Shown here piece by piece: positions 7,934 through 14,836 of a stretch of 56,086 bases of DNA. Source of the stretch: a virus (lineage: Duplodnaviria > Caudoviricetes); the IMG/VR virus record IMGVR_UViG_3300030330_003336, positions 1 through 56,086 of that record; one strand, given 5' to 3'. Made by a program: the position numbers and the translations under genes. The stretch's first letter is position 1. Each line of letters opens with the position of its first letter. The notes under the pieces were generated by a model. It saw only the letters and a program-made list of their open reading frames with translations. It had not been told where the DNA came from and ran no database searches.

Positions 7934-8251
7934 TTAATTTAATTGTCGTAATGGCACTCTACATCCTGATTGACAGTTCCATTTACGTAATGATTTATTA
8001 ATTCTTGAGTTTGGATCTCTTGCTGTCTTAGCAGAAGTTAATCTTTTTTTCATACCACTCATTCTTGCACAAAAAGATTTTCTACGTTTTGCAGCTTTCG
8101 AACCTTTCTTTAACTTAGACGGCTTAGTTGTTACAGCAGTCTTTAACTTACTGCCAGGATTAGCCCTTCTGTAAGAGGCTACACCTTTTCTGTTAAGACC
8201 GCCCGAAGGATTCTTACCAGCTTTTCTTTGCCATGCGGGAGATTTAGCCAT
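7934..8251 (-). CDS. Small basic protein (DUF6321-like)
   Basis: Likely start MAKSPAWQRK at 8251; RRKSFCARMSGMK...SRINKSLRKWNC; ends PLRQLN. Confidence 0.7.
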   Translation of the reverse strand: MAKSPAWQRKAGKNPSGGLNRKGVASYRRANPGSKLKTAVTTKPSKLKKGSKAAKRRKSFCARMSGMKKRLTSAKTARDPNSRINKSLRKWNCQSGCRVPLRQLN

Positions 8252-8666
8252 CTTTGTTGTCATTATTCTTTTTACTGCTCCCACCAAAAAAGAAATCTAT
8301 TATTGTATTTACTTTAGCACTCATTGCTCCAAAAATTGTAGATATAAAACTAATTTCAAACTCACCCATATTTATACCACCACCTACAAAATGCTGAAAC
8401 ATTACAAAGCTTATACCAAAATAAGCTACAGTAAACAATGTTGCTAATACTTTTTGTATAATAGCATCATCTTTGTACATATCTCTTGCAGACTTACGAT
8501 CTTCTACTTCTTTAGCAAAAGCTTCTTTTTCTGCGTCAAGCAATACTTTGCGTAACTGTAGTTTTGCTTCGTCTCTTTCCTTATCAGTTGTAATAACTTT
8601 ATCTAAGATGCCTTCAGCATTATCTACTACTTTACCTAGTATACCTCCTAAAAGATTATTAATCAT
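8244..8666 (-). CDS. Holin-like protein (3TM/GTA-holin type)
   Basis: Amphipathic N-terminus, LDKVITTDKER coiled coil, two hydrophobic helices, FFFGGS and a basic tail. Confidence 0.65.
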   Translation of the reverse strand: MINNLLGGILGKVVDNAEGILDKVITTDKERDEAKLQLRKVLLDAEKEAFAKEVEDRKSARDMYKDDAIIQKVLATLFTVAYFGISFVMFQHFVGGGINMGEFEISFISTIFGAMSAKVNTIIDFFFGGSSKKNNDNKDG

Positions 8667-10656
8667 TGATTACTATTTTTATTGTAAGATGTATATTATT
8701 GTATCTTATTATTGCATTATAGATACCTGCATCAACTTGTAAAGATACGAAATTTACAGCTTTATGTTCAGATATTTTTTTACCAAGCATATTATATATT
8801 TCTATATCCACGTTATTTGTAAAATATATATTGCCCTTACTTGGATTTGGATATACTGACAATACAGTATTTCTAATATTTTGCACATCTGTTGGCCCAG
8901 ACCAACCATCAATACAATATTGATATAAGTAGTCACATGTATTATCCCATTCCACATTACAACAAAACTCATCTATATCAATTACCCATTCAAAACATTC
9001 ATTAGGAATATAATATATATCACCAACGTTACACCCAGCAGAAAAATAACACGTACTGTCTTCCACGTTAGCTGCCGAATTGTAATTAACAGCGGTCGGA
9101 TCAGTGCAACCATACAAAGGATAAATACAGCTACCATTATCAGTATTTGCAGCCATGTCATAATTAAGTGCTGTAGTGTCTGTACATCCATATAAATAAG
9201 GTATGCAACTGCCGTTATCTGTATTGCAGGTGTCGCAGTAATTAAACATTGTTGGATCTGTACAACCAAATATAACAGGCACACAAGATCCATCGTCACT
9301 ATTCGCTAGTGAATTATAGTTGAAGGCCGTACCATCAGTACAGCCCCAGACAACGGGTATGCATGAGCCATCGTCTGTATTTGCTAATGAATCGTAATTA
9401 AATGCTGTTATATCTGTACAACCATAAACAAATGGTATACAAGATCCATCATCAACATTTGCATTTACATTATAATTGTATGATGTACTATCCATACATC
9501 CTTCAACAACAGCAATACAAGAGTTAGGTATTTCAACATTTGCTATTGGATTATAATTTAAAGCAGTAGAATCCATACAACCATATACAATTATTGTAGC
9601 ACAGCTACCATCATCGTAATCATAAGATGCATTATACTCTAAATAAAGTGGGTTAGTACAACCTGGATTATAATAACAACTACCATCATCTGTATTTACT
9701 GTATCATTGTAATTTACTGCTAAAGTATCTATACACCCATATGTTCTTTCAATACAGGTATTACCACAATACGGCTGACCTATAATAGGAAAGAATGGTG
9801 GTATAGGATTTACAAAACCTCCTTCTATATCTATAGCTACATAGTCTTCAGAGTATAAGCTATATCCACATTGAACTGCAGTAAAATCTGATTGTTGTGT
9901 AATTTCAAATACTGCTCTAACAGGATAACCTGCTAATAAATTTATAAAAATTGTTGTATCAAAACCATCTGTCAACGTATATGTTCCAACATCTTGATAA
10001 TTAAATGGTGGTATCATGTTAGTTGCTTGCGAAAGTTTGAGTGTAGAACCAGCCCAGCCATTTCCTGCTAGGTCAGTTAATTCAAGCTCATGCAGACAGC
10101 TATCTATAGCTATATCTGTATTTGCTGAATCTATATAATTATATGCTAATGAATCTGTGCATCCATATATTTTTGGTGTAAAACACATGCCTGTATCTAG
10201 TGTAGCTGTTAAATCAAATTCTACATAACTACTATCCATACATCCAAATATTGGTGGAGGTGGTGGACAACCTGATGTATATATAGTATCATACATTTGA
10301 TTTCCAAAGTCAGCCATAGGTAACTCCCAAATAGTATCACCACATTGTTCTATGTATACAGATCCATCATTACCACCCCATAAACTACCAGCAATACCAT
10401 CACCATAAGTGTCATTTATAACAAAATAAAAACTATCAATAGGTGCACAAGCTGAAGCGTATTGTGGTTCATAATCTATAATATTTGTATATGGCCCACC
10501 TTGCATTAGTGTATCACCAAAGAAAGTCATTATATACCAAGAAGTTTCTTCTGGATATTGATCAGGATTTATTGTAACATTTAAACTCCACGTACCTAGA
10601 GGACATTGTGCAAAAGCAATATTAAATAAAAATAAAAATGTAATTAATTTTTTCAT
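8659..10656 (-). CDS. Secreted Cys-repeat protein with T9SS type A C-terminal sorting domain
   Basis: Signal peptide ending AFA-Q; 11 GC[TM]D..A.NY...AN.DDGSC-type repeats; C-terminus SVYPNPSKG...IYNMLGKKI...AGIYNAII...KIVIND. Confidence 0.85.
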   Translation of the reverse strand: MKKLITFLFLFNIAFAQCPLGTWSLNVTINPDQYPEETSWYIMTFFGDTLMQGGPYTNIIDYEPQYASACAPIDSFYFVINDTYGDGIAGSLWGGNDGSVYIEQCGDTIWELPMADFGNQMYDTIYTSGCPPPPPIFGCMDSSYVEFDLTATLDTGMCFTPKIYGCTDSLAYNYIDSANTDIAIDSCLHELELTDLAGNGWAGSTLKLSQATNMIPPFNYQDVGTYTLTDGFDTTIFINLLAGYPVRAVFEITQQSDFTAVQCGYSLYSEDYVAIDIEGGFVNPIPPFFPIIGQPYCGNTCIERTYGCIDTLAVNYNDTVNTDDGSCYYNPGCTNPLYLEYNASYDYDDGSCATIIVYGCMDSTALNYNPIANVEIPNSCIAVVEGCMDSTSYNYNVNANVDDGSCIPFVYGCTDITAFNYDSLANTDDGSCIPVVWGCTDGTAFNYNSLANSDDGSCVPVIFGCTDPTMFNYCDTCNTDNGSCIPYLYGCTDTTALNYDMAANTDNGSCIYPLYGCTDPTAVNYNSAANVEDSTCYFSAGCNVGDIYYIPNECFEWVIDIDEFCCNVEWDNTCDYLYQYCIDGWSGPTDVQNIRNTVLSVYPNPSKGNIYFTNNVDIEIYNMLGKKISEHKAVNFVSLQVDAGIYNAIIRYNNIHLTIKIVIND
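9049..9744 (-). repeat. Nine tandem ~26-aa Cys-bracketed repeats (GCTD type)
   Basis: For example VYGCTDITAFNYDSLANTDDGSC and VWGCTDGTAFNYNSLANSDDGSC; two more copies lie nearer the N-terminus. Confidence 0.9.
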
Positions 10657-10988
10657 TAAAATTTACTTATTATAAGTTCATCGATATAACCCTGTATTTC
10701 TTTTCTTGTTGCCTGCATTGTAAAACTTAAATCAGCTTGAAATCTTTTTACCTCTTCGCCATCATCAAATATAACTATCGTTGGTACAATAGCTATTTGA
10801 TACTTACTTTGATTGTCATTATTTTCAATAAAAAGAGACTGCTTATCGCAATCTCCTAACTTATCAAACCATTCAACATTATTTTGTTTGTTCCAATCTG
10901 CGTTAAAGTGTATCGCTGTTATCTGAGCTGAGCACGTAGTACAAACCACAAAGAACAAAAAAACCAAATATAATATCAACTGCTTCAT
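10656..10988 (-). CDS. Exported thioredoxin-fold protein lacking CxxC
   Basis: Signal peptide ending CSA-Q; HFNADWN replaces the WCxxC position; YQIAIVPTIVIFDDGEEVKRF matches the Trx cis-Pro strand. Confidence 0.7.
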   Translation of the reverse strand: MKQLILYLVFLFFVVCTTCSAQITAIHFNADWNKQNNVEWFDKLGDCDKQSLFIENNDNQSKYQIAIVPTIVIFDDGEEVKRFQADLSFTMQATRKEIQGYIDELIISKF

Positions 10989-10992
10989 TCAT

Positions 10993-11265
10993 TTATTGCA
11001 TTCTGTCAATCTTATCTTCTATACGAATCATTCTTTCTTCAAGTTTTTTAACGTCATCACGAGTTTCCATAATAGTGTTTCGTATGTTTTCGTCTTTCAT
11101 ATTAAACTCCATTCTTGATACATCAGGTTTAGGCAAATCTTTTGCCTCACTAATATCAGCCTGCAATGTAAACCACATTCCAACAAGGGTAAAAATAAGC
11201 GCTGCTATTCCAGCTAACGTTTTTATACTTATTTTAAAACTCGTGTCTTCGTTAAGCTCTTTCAT
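10993..11265 (-). CDS. Single-TM membrane protein with coiled-coil C-terminus
   Basis: TM segment LAGIAALIFTLVGMWFTL; VKKLEERMIRIEDKIDRM. Confidence 0.7.
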   Translation of the reverse strand: MKELNEDTSFKISIKTLAGIAALIFTLVGMWFTLQADISEAKDLPKPDVSRMEFNMKDENIRNTIMETRDDVKKLEERMIRIEDKIDRMQ

Positions 11266-11351
11266 TATTTTTTACATTTTTTTTTACAATGTCCAAAACA
11301 AACTTTACCAAAAGTTACTTTATGTATTAATTCACAAATAAATTTTTTCAT
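11265..11351 (-). CDS. 28-aa Cys/Lys-rich peptide, not in the ORF track
   Basis: MKKFICELIHKVTFGKVCFGHCKKKCKK; fills the gap exactly, TAATG-coupled to the next gene. Confidence 0.55.
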   Translation of the reverse strand: MKKFICELIHKVTFGKVCFGHCKKKCKK

Positions 11352-11352
11352 C

Positions 11353-12378
11353 TTAAAATATTATATAATTAATTCCTAATTTAAAATCGTACCACTCTCT
11401 ATTCCAATACTTGTGATATTTTCCTTCTACAAAAGTACCTAAATGTTTGTTAATTTTCAAACCAAAAATTAAACCACCTGAATAATCATACCATTGCTCA
11501 CCATCATTAAAGTTGTGATATGAGTATTCACCTCCGTTATTATAGTGATATGGTATTAAATTACCCCAGGTATGTAACCAGACATTTTTATTATACGTAT
11601 AATAATCAAAACCCAAAACAATGGAATGCACCCATTGATTTTCTAACTGATCTCTTTTCTTTTGCACATAATCAGATAGGACTTGTGGTATTACGACTTC
11701 TTCCCATACATCTGAGCTTGTTGCAACTATACTTCCTTGTGGATCAATATATTGATTATCATATACATCTATACTATACCCTTCTTGAATTGCTAAATAT
11801 GTATAATGTAAATTACCATTTGACAACAACCACTCTTCAAGCGGATTGTATCCATAGGGCTCTGCTAATCTTGTAACACCACCTATATTAAATGATAGTT
11901 TTTTATTTCCTCTTATTCTAAATCTTTGTGTAGCTTCATAGTATTCTACGTCAGCAAAGCCATCTTTCATGTACTCTATTTTTGTCATCCACAATGGTTT
12001 AACATAACGTAAGAAATGATTTTGATCTATATATTCTATACCCTCTTGTCTTCTATAGTCTACTTCAAATAAAAATTCAAAAGGAGCTAATCCAATTGTA
12101 GCTGCATCACTATATGTAGTTTCAGTTCCATCTTTAAATGGACTATTACCTTCATATTGAAACCTTTTTATTTTTCTTATACCAGCAGTTAATGAATAAT
12201 CGTATGGTGTTTCCTCTATTCCTGTAGTAAGTTGATCTTGTATATTGTATATAGTACGATCAGACAATGAAGTACCACCATTAGCTGCTATATAAAATGT
12301 AGAAAATTTAAATAATGTTTTTATTTGTGCTTGTGACACAAATGACATAAACATTAATATAACCAATATTCTAATCAT
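11353..12378 (-). CDS. Putative outer-membrane beta-barrel protein
   Basis: Signal peptide ending SQA-Q; Tyr/Trp/Phe-rich alternating strands; C-terminal YDFKLGINYIIF resembles a BAM beta-signal. Confidence 0.7.
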   Translation of the reverse strand: MIRILVILMFMSFVSQAQIKTLFKFSTFYIAANGGTSLSDRTIYNIQDQLTTGIEETPYDYSLTAGIRKIKRFQYEGNSPFKDGTETTYSDAATIGLAPFEFLFEVDYRRQEGIEYIDQNHFLRYVKPLWMTKIEYMKDGFADVEYYEATQRFRIRGNKKLSFNIGGVTRLAEPYGYNPLEEWLLSNGNLHYTYLAIQEGYSIDVYDNQYIDPQGSIVATSSDVWEEVVIPQVLSDYVQKKRDQLENQWVHSIVLGFDYYTYNKNVWLHTWGNLIPYHYNNGGEYSYHNFNDGEQWYDYSGGLIFGLKINKHLGTFVEGKYHKYWNREWYDFKLGINYIIF

Positions 12379-13600
12379 GTCTTAAAGCTGGATATGTATT
12401 ATCATAATATTCTTGCAACAAAGCCACTTCTGCTGTAGATAATGCTCTATCGTATAGTGAAACTACAGCAACTTCTCCTTGAAAATCACTAGCATTAGTA
12501 GAAAATGCCCCCATAAAATCTACTTCTAAACGAGCATTAGCATCCACTGTACCATCATTTGGATAACCATCAATGAGTGCTCCACTACTACTAGTTAATT
12601 TTTCTCCAACTAAATTAGCAGCATCATAAACATAAAGTTTTTGTTTATTATCTGTAGAGTTTACTTCAGACACTACCACAATTAACTCATGTTTACCAAC
12701 TATAAGTGAAGATTCTGTAGCGCCGCCTTTGTCTGTTACTGGGCCTTTTGATCCAACTATATATGTACCTGTATCATTTAGCCTTACTTGTGCAAAAGCA
12801 TTTGATGATCCAGAAGAATTAAATCTAACTAGCACAGTATTTGCATTAATTTTAATTTGATTTATTCCACCAGATGATCCAGACACTATTGCATCTCCAC
12901 TTATTACGCCTAGCGGTTTTATTATCATAAGAAAAGTAAAATTTTGATCTGTAGTAACAACAGCAGAACTCATATCTAAACGATCATTATCCCCATCAAA
13001 TTTTATAACTCTTCTATGTAGAAGCCCTAAAGATGTAGAAGCAGTCCCTGCAGGTCTTGCTTGTGGATCTGTTGGTATAATGAGATGTCCACCAGCCGAA
13101 CCTTCGTTTTTGACTTGCAGCTCATCCGTAGACCAATTACTAAAATCTCTTAAACCTGTTCCTTCCCCAGCTGTTCCTAAAACAGGATTAACTATAAGCT
13201 GGTATTCGCCAGCAACAAGAACTATATCATCAAATGCATTATGAGCAGCTTGTGTTCCAGCTACATTTCTTGTAACATTAAGCAACTTACTTATATCAGT
13301 GCCTGAACTATCATATCCTGAAAAAGAAAAATATTCACTATTTATCAAAACTACACCTGCATCGGGGAAGCTATTAGTTGAAAAAAAATCACCTGACTTT
13401 AGTCTTATTTCATTAGCCGTAACAGCACCAGTGCTAGCTATAGGATCATTTATTCTTGCTCCTGTTGTTTTTGCAGGAAACTTAGCGTGATCAACTTTTG
13501 AAAAATCAAAATGTATAAGGGGTGCGCCTAAGTCATGCAAAGGATCAAATGACTTACGATGAGAAGGATTCTCAAGTCCCATATGTAAGCCCATATGCAT
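12371..13600 (-). CDS. Tail fibre / receptor-binding protein with LamG (ConA-like) domain
   Basis: Likely start MHMGLHMGL at 13600; IKFDGDNDRL...NFTFLMIIKP...FQGEVAVVSLYDRALSTAEV; N-terminal FPDAGVVLINSE...VTRNVAGT domain. Confidence 0.7.
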   Translation of the reverse strand: MHMGLHMGLENPSHRKSFDPLHDLGAPLIHFDFSKVDHAKFPAKTTGARINDPIASTGAVTANEIRLKSGDFFSTNSFPDAGVVLINSEYFSFSGYDSSGTDISKLLNVTRNVAGTQAAHNAFDDIVLVAGEYQLIVNPVLGTAGEGTGLRDFSNWSTDELQVKNEGSAGGHLIIPTDPQARPAGTASTSLGLLHRRVIKFDGDNDRLDMSSAVVTTDQNFTFLMIIKPLGVISGDAIVSGSSGGINQIKINANTVLVRFNSSGSSNAFAQVRLNDTGTYIVGSKGPVTDKGGATESSLIVGKHELIVVVSEVNSTDNKQKLYVYDAANLVGEKLTSSSGALIDGYPNDGTVDANARLEVDFMGAFSTNASDFQGEVAVVSLYDRALSTAEVALLQEYYDNTYPALRHD

Positions 13601-13604
13601 AAGT

Positions 13605-13985
13605 CTATGATGCTTGGGTGTTAAGTCCTGGATGTGCACCTGAAGCAGGAGCTACATAAGCAATACATTTACCCGTATTTAACGTAACTGCTGTAAATCT
13701 ACCGTAAATAGTTACACCTGTTGGAAAGGTATCTGTTGTTGCTATAGTTTTTCCAAATGCTCCAGCAGCAGCTGTGTTAAGATAAGCTGAAAATTTTCCG
13801 TCTTCTGCATAGGGAGTAAGTGTTGTAAAAGTACATTCTGATAGCATTGTTATTGCTACAACATGATGCGGTACATCACCTGCTGTATCTAAATTTTGTA
13901 CTGACTCATCACTTGATGTTGCATCAAGATATGCGCTACCAAAGTAACCTGTCGCTATTGAGAATAAATCGTTATTGTTTGCCAT
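13605..13985 (-). CDS. Tail fibre-associated small protein, paralog of 14421-14807
   Basis: FPTGVTIYGRFTAVTLNTGKCIAY. Confidence 0.65.
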   Translation of the reverse strand: MANNNDLFSIATGYFGSAYLDATSSDESVQNLDTAGDVPHHVVAITMLSECTFTTLTPYAEDGKFSAYLNTAAAGAFGKTIATTDTFPTGVTIYGRFTAVTLNTGKCIAYVAPASGAHPGLNTQAS

Positions 13986-13996
13986 AATTATTTTTT

Positions 13997-14332
13997 TTAA
14001 ATTCCTACGTGTATAACATTTCTGCTTACATATATTTTGTTTGGCCCAGGATTACTAGTCGGAAGATTGGAAGCGTCAGTGTTTCCATCTAATATAGTTA
14101 CATCATCTTTATCATTATTTATAGATAAAACTAAAATAGTTAAAAATGCTCTTAGTTTTTCTGCAGTTACTTGTCTTGATTTTGTTTCAAACAACTCTTC
14201 TATCATATCGAGAAGTTCTGCTCTTGATCTTCTTTCATCAGTAGCCACTGTTATTTTAGTCAAAGATTGTTCTCTAACTAAAGTTTTGTATTCATTTCTG
14301 GTTGTTGCGTTTGTGTAATCTCCTTTTGCCAT
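13997..14332 (-). CDS. Hypothetical, probable short fibre protein
   Basis: Helical N-terminus (VTAEKLRAFL); C-terminal NLPTSNPGPNKIYV motif seen in fibre proteins. Confidence 0.55.
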   Translation of the reverse strand: MAKGDYTNATTRNEYKTLVREQSLTKITVATDERRSRAELLDMIEELFETKSRQVTAEKLRAFLTILVLSINNDKDDVTILDGNTDASNLPTSNPGPNKIYVSRNVIHVGI

Positions 14333-14334
14333 AA

Positions 14335-14421
14335 TTATTCTCCAAAGTCACCATTAAACTCTCCTGAAAAAGCTCCAGAAGGCTTAACTGTTTTTATTAC
14401 TATTCCTAATCCTAAACTCAT
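14335..14421 (-). CDS. 28-aa peptide, not in the ORF track
   Basis: MSLGLGIVIKTVKPSGAFSGEFNGDFGE; TAATG-coupled to 14421-14807. Confidence 0.55.
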   Translation of the reverse strand: MSLGLGIVIKTVKPSGAFSGEFNGDFGE

Positions 14422-14807
14422 TATCTACCAATATATGCTATAAATGCTCCTGTTTGACCATTAGCAATTTCTATACTTGTCCATCTACCATATATAGTTA
14501 CGCCAGCAGGAAAAAGATTATCATTATCTATAATAGCACCACCTGATCCTTCTGTCAATGTTTCATTACCTGCACCTAAATTATGAGCAGCTACATCTGT
14601 ACCCACAAACTCTATAGCTGGATTACTTGTATCAGCCGTTAACCCTCCTGCGTTTGTGCCTAATGTTTCTAATTTTGTATCAGCTATAAACGTAATAGCT
14701 ATAAACACTTTATTAGTTGGAGGTTTAATTGGCGTATCTGCTGTATCACAAAACACAGATCCTAATTGACCGTAGTTTTGTCTAAATAAGTCTTGAATGT
14801 TTGCCAT
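14421..14807 (-). CDS. Tail fibre-associated small protein
   Basis: FPAGVTIYGRWTSIEIANGQTGAFIAY. Confidence 0.65.
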   Translation of the reverse strand: MANIQDLFRQNYGQLGSVFCDTADTPIKPPTNKVFIAITFIADTKLETLGTNAGGLTADTSNPAIEFVGTDVAAHNLGAGNETLTEGSGGAIIDNDNLFPAGVTIYGRWTSIEIANGQTGAFIAYIGR

Positions 14808-14821
14808 TATATTATTTTTTA

Positions 14822-14829
14822 CAAATATA
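14822..14829 (-). promoter_or_regulatory. Bacteroidota -7 promoter element
   Basis: TATATTTG between the RNAP stop and the ATG at 14807. Confidence 0.65.
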
Positions 14830-14836
14830 GTTAATT

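Noticed and set aside
9049-9744. CRISPR array or DGR-like repeat
   Set aside because: The repeats are degenerate in-frame protein repeats; there are no identical DNA repeats with spacers and no reverse transcriptase in the window.
10656-11265. Canonical i-spanin/o-spanin pair
   Set aside because: The TM coiled-coil protein could resemble an i-spanin, but its neighbour looks like an SPI-cleaved Trx fold rather than a Pro-rich lipoprotein. Not supported, though not fully excluded.
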